The notes under the pieces: model-generated | The model's database searches: none | Told to the model about the DNA's origin: nothing | The model's input: only the letters and a program-made list of their open reading frames with translations | Made by a program: the position numbers and the translations under genes | Source: a virus | Lineage: Duplodnaviria > Heunggongvirae > Uroviricota > Caudoviricetes | Strand: one strand, 5' to 3' | Length of the DNA stretch: 38,116 bases | Virus record (IMG/VR): IMGVR_UViG_2541047893_000008 | Shown here: in pieces, positions 27,202 to 35,958 of the stretch | How positions within the stretch are numbered: position 1 is the first letter of the stretch | Layout: each line of letters begins with the position of its first letter

Positions 27202-27255
27202 TGGCCGTTTCCGGCCTGCATGGCATGATTTGCGCTTTTGGACGGGAGATTCAGT

Positions 27256-27855
27256 GTGCTGATTGGTTATGTAAGGGTATCAACAAATGACCAGAATACA
27301 GGCCTGCAACGAAACGCTCTTGTTTGTGCAGGATGTGAACAAATATTTGAAGATAAATTAAGCGGGACAAAGACAGACCGACCGGGATTAAAACGCGCTT
27401 TAAAGCGGCTTCAAAAAGGTGACACGCTGGTTGTCTGGAAACTGGATCGCCTTGGGCGAAGCATGAAACATCTGATTTCTCTCGTCGGAGAACTACGGGA
27501 GCGAGGGATTAATTTTCGCAGTCTGACCGACAGCATAGATACATCTTCTCCAATGGGGCGTTTTTTCTTCCACGTGATGGGTGCCCTGGCTGAAATGGAA
27601 CGTGAATTAATTGTTGAACGTACACTGGCCGGACTGGCGGCAGCGCGCGCACGGGGGCGCACAGGCGGACGTCGCCCGAAGCTGACAAAAGAACAGCATG
27701 AGCAAATAGCAAGGCTGATCAAAAACGGTCATGACAGGAAACAACTGGCGATCATTTACGGCATCGGCATATCGACGATTTATCGTTATCACCCTGTAGG
27801 CGATATACAGGCTGAAGAAACAACCAGGCAGACTCAGGAAAATGAAAACCGCTAA
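27256..27855 (+). CDS. Serine recombinase, DNA invertase of the Gin/Pin/Cin/Hin family
   Basis: N-terminal catalytic motif LIGYVRVSTNDQ, resolvase core (VVWKLDRLGRS), C-terminal HTH (GISTIYRY); almost colinear with Gin/Pin from memory. Probable GTG start (track ORF begins 27238). Confidence 0.9.
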   Translation: MLIGYVRVSTNDQNTGLQRNALVCAGCEQIFEDKLSGTKTDRPGLKRALKRLQKGDTLVVWKLDRLGRSMKHLISLVGELRERGINFRSLTDSIDTSSPMGRFFFHVMGALAEMERELIVERTLAGLAAARARGRTGGRRPKLTKEQHEQIARLIKNGHDRKQLAIIYGIGISTIYRYHPVGDIQAEETTRQTQENENR

Positions 27856-27874
27856 TCTGACCATTAGCGGTTTT
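27845..27874. terminator. Bidirectional terminator-like palindrome between convergent invertase and gpU genes
   Basis: aaaaccgctaat-ctgacc-attagcggtttt: perfect 12-bp arms, 6-nt spacer, T-runs on both strands; overlaps the invertase stop codon. Confidence 0.55.
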
Positions 27875-27881
27875 GCGTTAA

Positions 27882-28376
27882 TCAAAACAGCCCTTTAACG
27901 GAGCTGGCCGCGCTGTTAAGGGATGATGTGACCTTATCTTTGAAGCCGGACAGCATATCACTGAACGATGAGGATTGCAGGCGCTCCCGCAAATCCTCAT
28001 CACAGCGTTCAAGGGTCAGTGAAAATTCTATCTTTTTCGCCTTACCGTAGCGATCAAACTCGGAACGGGTCGTATTCGTTCCGGTCAGGACATACATGCC
28101 GTAAATCTGCCCGACGCCATCAATCAAAGGCCAGGGTCGTCCTGTATACGCCTGCGTGGTCAGCAGCGACAGCGACACTTCGCCACCTGTAATTTCAGGA
28201 TAAAGCACACCAGAAAGAACGATGCGATCATCACCTGCACCGATATACTGCCAGCTTGCTGAACGGTTAACGCGTTCATTTTTCACATGCCGCCAGCTTT
28301 TGTTTTGCTGTAACTGCTGATGCGGCAGCGTGCGCAGCTCAAAAACAAACATGCCGTAGATCATCATCATGGCCAT
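27882..28376 (-). CDS. U: Tail protein U (P2 gpU family)
   Basis: 164-aa minus-strand ORF; MFVFELRTLPHQQ... and FSLTLERCDEDL match P2 U; follows tape measure T on the minus strand. True start may be one of the Met residues 3-5. Confidence 0.85.
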   Translation of the reverse strand: MAMMMIYGMFVFELRTLPHQQLQQNKSWRHVKNERVNRSASWQYIGAGDDRIVLSGVLYPEITGGEVSLSLLTTQAYTGRPWPLIDGVGQIYGMYVLTGTNTTRSEFDRYGKAKKIEFSLTLERCDEDLRERLQSSSFSDMLSGFKDKVTSSLNSAASSVKGLF

Positions 28377-28382
28377 GACTCC

Positions 28383-31226
28383 TCAATCTTTATCGTAAAA
28401 ACTGCCACGCCAGGCACGGGCGCGCCGTTCCATTTCTGCCCTGACCATTTCACCGACCAGTTTCGCCAGTTCGCGGGGATTCTGCGTAACAACGTTATGC
28501 AGATGAACATGAATTTCACCACCAAATCCGGAGGCAACAGGCTCCCGGTTACGGGAAGTTACAGGAACTGATGCCACTGGAGATCGTATAGCCTCCGCCA
28601 CCGGGCGGGAGCTGGCCGCAACAACAGGGACCAGCGCCGGAGGCAGCGGAGCCGGGAGCACGGGTGTGATATTAATTGCGGGGGCAGGCTTACTGGCCTG
28701 CGCAATCTTCCGCTCCTGCCACTCCCCACGAACAGCAAGTGCGCGGGGCAGGTTCTTAAAGACAATATCGCCGGGGCCAATGCGTTTTTTCGTCTCATCA
28801 ACCAGCTTACCTGTGTTATCAGCAATTTTGCTGAGTCTGCGTAGTGTACCGGTATTGCTGTCTGTGAGCGGTTTGTTGTCTTTGGGTTTATCACCTCCGG
28901 TGCCATTGCCATTTTCCACAGGCTTCGGCGGATTGATTTTCGCCAGGTCCCCCTGAAGCAAGGCAACCTTGTCCTGAAGAATGGCCGCACGCTGTGCGTC
29001 TTCGATTTTCTTTCTCGCCCTTTCCGCTTCATCCGGAAGAACACCGAGTTTTTCAAGTATCCACGCCAGCGTATCCAGCAACATTTTTGCAGGCGTCAGA
29101 ACAAGCTGTAACGCGCCACCAAGAACGTTACCGAATATCTCGCCAGCACTGGTACATTTATCCAGCGTTTCCTTGCTGGACTCCATCGGTGACAGCAGCG
29201 ATTTAAACCAGTTAAACACCTGGCTGATCCCGCTTCCGATTGCGTCAAAAACAGGACCAAACTGTTCAAAGGTTTCGCGCAACGGGATCAGCCTTTCCAT
29301 AATCCCGCTGAACACCCCGGCAAAAAATGCCCTGATGGGATCCCAGTATTTCCAGATAAGAACGGCAGCTCCGGCAAGCGCAGCCACGATAAGACCAACC
29401 GGACTGAACAGCGCCCCGATAGCACCTCCCAGCAAAGAAACGGAACCCGTCACCATTCCCCATAGTGCTGGCAGGACCCTGACAGCATTCATTGATCCGG
29501 TCAGGAGAGAAAAACCAAGACGCAGTTTTGCCAGCGGGCCAGCAAGCACACCAATAGCCAGCGACAACGAGCCAACCGTTGCAGTCATTGCCAGCAACGC
29601 ACCGCCTGCTATCAGTAGCTGGCGCGTCAGTGTCGGATGGGCCTGCGCCAGCGCCGTCACCCTTGATACCACCCGTGTGAGCCACTGCGTGACAGAACGC
29701 AGCGGACCGTCAATCAGATCTGCAATGCGGATGCGCAACCCTTCCCATGCACTGCCGAGTGATTTCAGATCGCCGTCAAGGTTGTTGGCCATAACCTTTG
29801 CTGTGCGTTCAGCCTCACCGCGTGCGCCTTCAAGTTCTTTTCTCAGTTTAGGTAAGGAACCGTCACCCGCTGCATCAACGAGCGCCATAAACGATGTGAA
29901 AGCCTCTTCTCCGGCAATGTCCTTAAAGAACGATACCCGGTCAACTTCCCCGTATTTGCGGGTGGCTTTATAAAGGTCGGCCAGCACATCCTCCATCGGG
30001 CGCATTTTGCCGTTCGCGTCAGAGACTGCCACACCAAGCTCTTTCAGCGCCTCTGCTGCCGCCTTTGGCGGTGATGCCAGACGAGCCAGGCTGGCACGCA
30101 TTGCCGTCCCGGCATCACTTCCCCTGATACCCATATTCGCCAGCACGCCTGCTATCGCTGCGGCCTGCTCCAGCGATATTCCCAGCTTACCCGCCACCGG
30201 ACCTGCATATTTCATGGTTTCGCCCAGTGCGCGAAGGTCAGTGTTGGTACGGGTAAACGCTGCGGTGAGCGTGTCACCGACCCGGTCCATCTGGTCGGCA
30301 GAAAGGCCGAACTGCGTCAGGATGTTTGAGCCAATATCCGCCGTCTCGCCGAGATCCATACCGCCAGCCGTTGCCATGCTCAGTACACCGGGAAGCGCAG
30401 CCTGAATGGCCTGTGGTGTGAAGCCAGCCATTGCAAGAAATGCCTGTCCACTGGCGGCATCTCCAGCGGTGAACTGCGTTTCAGAGCCAAGTTTTAACGC
30501 CTGCTCACGCAGCGCCTTAAACTGCGGGCTGTTTTTGTCGATTCGCGTCAGTGCCTGAACGCGGGACATCTCTTTGCCGAACCCGATCGCAGGCTGCAAA
30601 AAACGCCCGGCAGCATAGCCGCCAGCCGCTGCAGCACCAATTGCCAGCGCACCACCTGTTTTCAGTTTTCCCGCTGTTTCCTGCACGCGCGAATACCGCT
30701 CACGCGCCCGCGTTACACGCGCAAGCGCCTGCCGTTCGCGTTCAAGCTGGTTGTTGTACTGTTCGGTGCGTCTGATGGCCTGCTGGATGGTGTTATCGCT
30801 GCCTGTCAGGGAAATGCCGTGGCGTTTCAGCTCTCCGCCAAGTTCCCGCATTTTCTGAATTTCCCGTGTGCGCGATTCATTCAGGCGTTCAAGCCGGGTG
30901 CTTAACTGCTGCATCAGCTTTTGTTGTTTTTCGCTGAGCACTGTACCCGTGCGTTGTAACTGATTAAGGGCGTTAAGCTGGCGTCGTGCTTTCACGATAC
31001 CCGCATCCGCTTTACTGACAGCGTCGCGGGCGCGCTCAAATGAACGCGCCTGACGCTCGAGATTTTTGATCGCCCCCTGCGTTCGCTGGATGGAGTCACC
31101 AAACTGCCTCATCAGGCGGCGGGCGTTTTCGGCAGGCCGGGTCAGCCTGTCAACGGCGCTGAAAGCGACCCGGATATCAAGAGTCTTCATTGTCTGCATT
31201 CCCGCTGCGAAGTGCCGCCCGCTCAC
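28383..31226 (-). CDS. T: Tail tape measure protein (P2 gpT family)
   Basis: 947-aa minus-strand ORF; long helical N-terminal region, Gly/Ala-rich hydrophobic central segment, position between E/E' and U. Confidence 0.9.
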   Translation of the reverse strand: MSGRHFAAGMQTMKTLDIRVAFSAVDRLTRPAENARRLMRQFGDSIQRTQGAIKNLERQARSFERARDAVSKADAGIVKARRQLNALNQLQRTGTVLSEKQQKLMQQLSTRLERLNESRTREIQKMRELGGELKRHGISLTGSDNTIQQAIRRTEQYNNQLERERQALARVTRARERYSRVQETAGKLKTGGALAIGAAAAGGYAAGRFLQPAIGFGKEMSRVQALTRIDKNSPQFKALREQALKLGSETQFTAGDAASGQAFLAMAGFTPQAIQAALPGVLSMATAGGMDLGETADIGSNILTQFGLSADQMDRVGDTLTAAFTRTNTDLRALGETMKYAGPVAGKLGISLEQAAAIAGVLANMGIRGSDAGTAMRASLARLASPPKAAAEALKELGVAVSDANGKMRPMEDVLADLYKATRKYGEVDRVSFFKDIAGEEAFTSFMALVDAAGDGSLPKLRKELEGARGEAERTAKVMANNLDGDLKSLGSAWEGLRIRIADLIDGPLRSVTQWLTRVVSRVTALAQAHPTLTRQLLIAGGALLAMTATVGSLSLAIGVLAGPLAKLRLGFSLLTGSMNAVRVLPALWGMVTGSVSLLGGAIGALFSPVGLIVAALAGAAVLIWKYWDPIRAFFAGVFSGIMERLIPLRETFEQFGPVFDAIGSGISQVFNWFKSLLSPMESSKETLDKCTSAGEIFGNVLGGALQLVLTPAKMLLDTLAWILEKLGVLPDEAERARKKIEDAQRAAILQDKVALLQGDLAKINPPKPVENGNGTGGDKPKDNKPLTDSNTGTLRRLSKIADNTGKLVDETKKRIGPGDIVFKNLPRALAVRGEWQERKIAQASKPAPAINITPVLPAPLPPALVPVVAASSRPVAEAIRSPVASVPVTSRNREPVASGFGGEIHVHLHNVVTQNPRELAKLVGEMVRAEMERRARAWRGSFYDKD

Positions 31227-31706
31227 GCCAGCTAACCACTTCGCCGGGCGTCATCATGAAGATTTCGGCGGGCGACCAGTTAAAAATGGCGGCAATATCC
31301 GCCACAAAGTCTTCTATGTACTCAAAGCACACAACCGTGATCAGGCTTCCGTCGCCTGTTCGTTCTTCCCGCCAGAGTCCGCACCGCTCAAAAAATTTAC
31401 GGCAACCACACATAACTGAATAAAGTCACGGGATGCCATTTTTTTGATCGTCACTTCATCCAGTCGCGGTGATGTCACGCGTGACAGCAGCGTAAACATG
31501 GATTCCGCTTTCAGATTCAGCACATCAGACAGCGACAAATCTCGCAGAGATCCAGCCTGCTCAATAGCTCCGGTAATCTCCACATACGTGATTTTTTCGC
31601 CGCCTCGCTCAATTGGTTGGGTAAGTTTTACGCCACGCTCACTGGTTTCTTTCACAGTGTCAGCAACGACCGTGTTTTCGTTATCGATGTTTTTCGTCTC
31701 TTTCAT
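31177..31706 (-). CDS. Tail assembly chaperone E+E' (product of a programmed -1 ribosomal frameshift)
   Basis: E frame (31341..31706) and overlapping -1 frame (31177..31413) joined at a TTTTTTG slippery heptamer about 31389-31395 on the minus strand; same arrangement as P2 E/E'. Confidence 0.7.
31341..31706 (-). CDS. E: Tail assembly chaperone E (P2 gpE family)
   Basis: 121-aa minus-strand ORF between tail tube and tape measure genes; contains the slippery site near its 3-prime end. Confidence 0.85.
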   Translation of the reverse strand: MKETKNIDNENTVVADTVKETSERGVKLTQPIERGGEKITYVEITGAIEQAGSLRDLSLSDVLNLKAESMFTLLSRVTSPRLDEVTIKKMASRDFIQLCVVAVNFLSGADSGGKNEQATEA

Positions 31707-31760
31707 CAGGAAACTCCTTTCAATCAGAGGCGACGCACTGCGCCGCCTGCATATTACTTA

Positions 31761-32273
31761 TCAGCCAAGCCTAAGCGCGGAACGGATGCGATCGGGCACA
31801 ATGTCCTTGCCGTCCTTCCGGTAAATGAAGTTCAGCAGGTCAATCTCCCACAACGGGCGATCGTTAACACTCAGCTTGTAGTAGGTGTTTTTAATGGCGT
31901 AAGTGTGTGATGTGGCTTCGCCCTGTTTGGCTTCCCCCATATCAATTTCCGTCACACGTCCGCGCATTTCGACTTCATACAGGTCGCTTTCTGCATCGGT
32001 GTAGTATTCACCCGCAAAACGCAGCAGCGTGCCGTCAATCGTGCCGCCATACTTAAGGAACAGCTCACGAACTGCGCCCCCCATGACAAAGCTCGCATCA
32101 AGCGCGGAGTCGTCCAGACCGAGATCAATACTTACCGCACCCATCATGCCGCCCCCCCGGTAGCTGTCGGTTTTGCGCGTCAGTTTGGGCAGAGTGACGG
32201 ACGTCACCTTACCCACTTCGTTTTCACCATCCACAAACAGCGTAAAAAAGCGAAGATGTTTTGGCACAGCCAT
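31761..32273 (-). CDS. FII: Tail tube protein (P2 gpFII family)
   Basis: 170-aa minus-strand ORF immediately downstream of the sheath gene. Confidence 0.88.
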   Translation of the reverse strand: MAVPKHLRFFTLFVDGENEVGKVTSVTLPKLTRKTDSYRGGGMMGAVSIDLGLDDSALDASFVMGGAVRELFLKYGGTIDGTLLRFAGEYYTDAESDLYEVEMRGRVTEIDMGEAKQGEATSHTYAIKNTYYKLSVNDRPLWEIDLLNFIYRKDGKDIVPDRIRSALRLG

Positions 32274-33457
32274 CAGGCACCTCCCAGCACCGCAAATGCG
32301 GGTTCAAAGTATTCATCAGTAAACGTCTGGTAAAGCTCCATGTCTTCCAGTGGCGGAACGGGCGTATATTTGTAGCGAATACGCACACGTCCCTGACGTA
32401 AATCCGTGGTGCTGTTATCCACCACGTCATACCAGCACTCCGCGCCAATCAGTTTCCCGGCAGTAACCAGTGAATCCAGTTTTGCCCTGATGGCACTGAT
32501 AACATCCTTCACGTTCGCAGGCGTCAGTGGACTGTCGATGGTTTCAAACTGCGCTTCTGCAATTGAATCAGCCAGCACCTGTGCGGTTCGGGTATACACC
32601 TCAAAGATGTAGGCGTTCGTTTCCGGTGTGCGGTTGCCCCAGAAGCGGAACCCGTTGCGACGAATAATGGTCGTGATTTCTTTGTTGTTGAGGCTGTTGG
32701 CATCGCTGTCTTCGGCCTGCAACGACCAGAACACATGCCTCGACATCCCCAGCACATTTTTAACCGGAACGTTGGACAGTGATTTGTGCCATCCCTGCTC
32801 ATGGTCAATGTACGCACGAAGGCCGCACGCATAGGCAGGCGCGGGGAACGTTTCGTTTTTGCCACTTTTCGGGTTGTAGGCGATGAAGTCCGGCCATAAG
32901 AGCATCACCTCACGTTCGTTGAATTTCTGGCGGTAGGTAATCGCCTCAGCCATCGTGTTACAGCCGTGACATGAGGCATACACAAACGCGCGCAGTTTAC
33001 CCGCAATCACGCACAGGGATTTTGTTACCGCCTCCGTGTCCAGCTCCGGCGCGGCCAGAATACGCGGACGGTATCCGATGCTTTCATCCTGCTCTGCAAC
33101 AAGCAGCGCATACATCCCCGTATAGCTGCCGTCAGATTCAGAACCACCGATAACCAGTTGATCCTGCGTCTTTCCGTCTTCTTCTTTGTGTTCAGCCACG
33201 CGAACGACGATCACCTTTGTGCTCACCTGGTCTGCAATGGCCTTAAGCGCACGATAAAGCGTCCCCGTTGTCCCGCATTTTCCCAGCACGTCATTGACGC
33301 GGGTCAGCAGTGTGGGCTTGTTCAGCGGGAACAGCTTCGCGTCCGCATCATCCGCCGTTGCCACGATACCGATAACGCTGGAATCAACATCGTTAATCGC
33401 TGTTACCAGGTCGGTATTTTCCGTAACACGGGCACCATGAAAACGAGTTTCACTCAT
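32273..33457 (-). CDS. FI: Contractile tail sheath protein (P2 gpFI family)
   Basis: 394-aa minus-strand ORF; blocks (LRAFVYAS, WPDF, EQGWHK, IRRNGFRFWGNRT, YTRTAQV, YTPVPPLE) match P2 FI. RBS AAGGGG. Confidence 0.9.
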   Translation of the reverse strand: MSETRFHGARVTENTDLVTAINDVDSSVIGIVATADDADAKLFPLNKPTLLTRVNDVLGKCGTTGTLYRALKAIADQVSTKVIVVRVAEHKEEDGKTQDQLVIGGSESDGSYTGMYALLVAEQDESIGYRPRILAAPELDTEAVTKSLCVIAGKLRAFVYASCHGCNTMAEAITYRQKFNEREVMLLWPDFIAYNPKSGKNETFPAPAYACGLRAYIDHEQGWHKSLSNVPVKNVLGMSRHVFWSLQAEDSDANSLNNKEITTIIRRNGFRFWGNRTPETNAYIFEVYTRTAQVLADSIAEAQFETIDSPLTPANVKDVISAIRAKLDSLVTAGKLIGAECWYDVVDNSTTDLRQGRVRIRYKYTPVPPLEDMELYQTFTDEYFEPAFAVLGGA

Positions 33458-33614
33458 AGCTTCAGCCCCTTGTATCCGTTAAATGATTCGGCAACAATCA
33501 TCACCCACCACGCGCGTAATCTCACCCCTGCGCCGTTCTCCCGACCCGGCGACAACAAAAAGCAGTAACCCCCTCCGCACGCACATGCGACCATGCCGCA
33601 CAGGGAGGGAACAG

Positions 33615-34724
33615 ATGACCGACACCACCATGCAATTGCTCAGTCAGGGCACAGACCCCGTGAAAATGCCGGATTTTGATATTCTCGCGGAGGGTAAAAC
33701 GCTGTCAGGCGTGGCAGAGCGCCTGATGAGCCTGTCACTGACCGACAACCGGGGATTTGAGGCGGACCAGCTCACCATCATGCTGGATGATGCAGATGGT
33801 CAGTTGCAGCTACCGCCACGGGGCGCGCACCTGACGGTTCTCATTGGCTGGAAAGGAGAACCGCTGACAGAAAAAGGCACTTACATTGTTGATGAAATCG
33901 CTCACGAAGGACCGCCGGACAGGCTGACTGTTTCAGCCAGAAGCGCAGATTTTCGGGATGAATTTAACGTTAAACGTGAGGTGTCCTGGCATGATGTGAC
34001 CATTGAGCGTGTGGTATCCGCCATCGCTCATCGGTATGGTCTGAAACCGCAAATCAGCGAAATGCTGATGGATATCGAAATCGACCACGCCGACCAGACC
34101 GAAGAAAGCGACATGTCCTTCCTTACGCGCATGGCGGAAATGCTGGGCGCAATCACCACGGTAAAAAGCGGTAATCTGTTATTCATTATGCCAGGCGGTG
34201 GCGTGAACGCACAGGGCCAGCCGTTGCCATCGTTCGCCATCACGCGCAGCAGTGGCGATCGCCATCAGTTCCGCATTGCTGACCGCGAGGCGTATACGGG
34301 GGTACGCGCTTACTGGCTTGATCTTAATTACGGGAAAAAGAAAAAAGTCAGCGTGAAACGCCGCAAACCGCCAAAACCCAAAAAGGAGAAAAGCAGCAGC
34401 CGTGAAGGTGATTATATGGAAGGCGCGGAAGGCAATGTGTTTGTGTTACGCAAGACTTATCAGAACGAGCAGGCAGCAAGACGCGCAGCGGCGGCAAAGT
34501 GGCAGCAGCTACAACGCGAAGCCGCATCATTCTCCATCACGCTGGCACGTGGTCGTGCAGAACTCTACCCCGAAATGCATGGCACGGTAACAGGATTTAA
34601 AAGCGAGATTGATAATCAGGACTGGATTATTGCAAAAGCCGAGCACACCATCGATAACAGCGGCTTTACCACGCAGCTTGAGCTTGAGGCAAAAATCCCG
34701 GAATGGATAGCAGAAACAGAGTGA
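33615..34724 (+). CDS. D: Tail protein D (late gene D, gpD family)
   Basis: Start at internal ATG (MTDTTMQLL...) preceded by GGGAGGG; blocks (SLTDNRGFEAD, TIMLDDADG, TYIVDEIAHEGPPD, SWHD, FTTQLELE) match P2 D. On the opposite strand to FI-U. Confidence 0.88.
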   Translation: MTDTTMQLLSQGTDPVKMPDFDILAEGKTLSGVAERLMSLSLTDNRGFEADQLTIMLDDADGQLQLPPRGAHLTVLIGWKGEPLTEKGTYIVDEIAHEGPPDRLTVSARSADFRDEFNVKREVSWHDVTIERVVSAIAHRYGLKPQISEMLMDIEIDHADQTEESDMSFLTRMAEMLGAITTVKSGNLLFIMPGGGVNAQGQPLPSFAITRSSGDRHQFRIADREAYTGVRAYWLDLNYGKKKKVSVKRRKPPKPKKEKSSSREGDYMEGAEGNVFVLRKTYQNEQAARRAAAAKWQQLQREAASFSITLARGRAELYPEMHGTVTGFKSEIDNQDWIIAKAEHTIDNSGFTTQLELEAKIPEWIAETE

Positions 34725-34766
34725 GCAACTTAGAATAGCAGCAGCACCACGTTAAGGGAGGTCGCT

Positions 34767-35027
34767 ATGTTCCGTTGTCCGCTTTGTGGCGCATCTGCCC
34801 GTATCCGCACCAGTCGTCCGGAAAATGATTCAAACACCGTGCGGCAAAAGTATTACCAGTGTAACAACCTGGAATGCGGCGTATGCTTCTCAACACTGGA
34901 AGCTTTCCATAAATTCACATCAAAACACGCCTCCGGTGTTCACTCTTCAGAAGGTATCCCGTGGCATGAGCTGCCAGCTTCACACAGGGGAAACAATCAG
35001 ATGAGTTTGCCTTTATCTCAGAATTAA
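34767..35027 (+). CDS. ogr: Ogr/Delta-family zinc-finger late transcription activator
   Basis: 86 aa; N-terminal MFRCPLCGA...RTSR...YYQCNNLECG with four Cys spaced as in P2 Ogr; last canonical gene before the right end. Confidence 0.8.
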   Translation: MFRCPLCGASARIRTSRPENDSNTVRQKYYQCNNLECGVCFSTLEAFHKFTSKHASGVHSSEGIPWHELPASHRGNNQMSLPLSQN

Positions 35028-35218
35028 CAGGCAGAATTGCCGGAGTAACAAAAAAGCGATAGATTACGCGCGGGTGCCTTTCGGCTGATGGTCGGAGGGA
35101 ATACCCGAAGGCCAGATGTGGAAAGGCCCCGGAAAACATTTCTGTTTAACCGAGGCCCTAACATATCTACCTTAAGCAAGTGATAGGTTAGCGCCTCTCC
35201 AACAAAGGAGCAAGCGCT

Positions 35219-35359
35219 ATGTCGCAAAAATCGCTTACGGCCATCACGTTCTGCGTGACGGTAATCCTCATCATCTGGATGCTGCACGGTTCGCTGTGTG
35301 AAATACGGATGAGCTTTTGGGGAGCGGAGTTTGCGGCGTTCTTACAGTGTAAGCAGTAA
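35219..35359 (+). CDS. Hok/Gef-family-like small membrane toxin (candidate type I toxin)
   Basis: 46-aa ORF with RBS AGGAG 7 nt upstream: short N-terminus, one TM helix (AITFCVTVILIIWML), then the SLCEIR motif and EFAAF segment characteristic of Hok/Gef/PndA proteins. Followed by a 9-bp-stem hairpin. Confidence 0.55.
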   Translation: MSQKSLTAITFCVTVILIIWMLHGSLCEIRMSFWGAEFAAFLQCKQ

Positions 35360-35621
35360 GGAAACCGCGACGGGGGAGTAATCCCCCGTCAATCGGTTGC
35401 TAGGGTAAGGTCGATAAGGCACCCTATCTCACAGCTCTAAATGCAAAAATTCCATGAAACTGTGGGATTTTTGCATCACATACTGATACAGACCAGCCCT
35501 TCTATATGCCTCACTCTATACCAGCTAATCAATTGACACTTATCAATAAAAATAAATCTGATAAAATCAAAATGTTTTGTAACAAATATCAACTCGTATT
35601 AATCCAAAGGAGGCGGATTAC

Positions 35622-35954
35622 ATGGCATTAATCAAATGTCCTGAATGCCAGAAAGAGGTGAGCGATTCAGCATTGTATTGCCCTGCTTGTGGTAAACAAC
35701 TGCAAAAACTTAAGCGTTCATTTTTTGGACGGATCATTAAGTGGGTTTTTATATTATTTAATATTTTTATGATCTATACGCTTTTAGTTGGAATAGGAGG
35801 CACTAGTGAAATAATAAATAATGCCACATCCGATGCCGAAAAAGCCGGTGCAGTTATTGGTACAGGCTTAGGTTTAATTACCATTGGAAGCTTATGGGTT
35901 ATTGGCGATATCATTATCGGAATTTTAGTATTTCTTACTAAACCAAAGGGATAA
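35622..35954 (+). CDS. Zinc-ribbon membrane protein (CPxC...CPxCG plus two TM helices), AT-rich cargo
   Basis: 110 aa; N-terminal Cys4 ribbon (CPECQ...CPACG), two hydrophobic helices; strong RBS AAAGGAGG; TTGACA -35-like hexamer about 85 bp upstream; AT-rich. Confidence 0.65.
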   Translation: MALIKCPECQKEVSDSALYCPACGKQLQKLKRSFFGRIIKWVFILFNIFMIYTLLVGIGGTSEIINNATSDAEKAGAVIGTGLGLITIGSLWVIGDIIIGILVFLTKPKG

Positions 35955-35958
35955 TAAA

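Noticed and set aside
27856-27905. Search for gix-like recombination sites at the two junctions of the inverted tail block (also 33458-33614)
   Set aside because: Only trivial shared 8-mers (tttaacgg) were found; no evidence that the block inversion is invertase-mediated. Mechanism left open.
28981-29973. 330-aa plus-strand ORF and other ORFs overlapping the tape measure gene (28559-29056, 29266-29685, 30007-30405)
   Set aside because: All are alternative-frame or antisense ORFs within the 947-aa tape measure gene; Ser/Ala/Pro-rich low-complexity translations.
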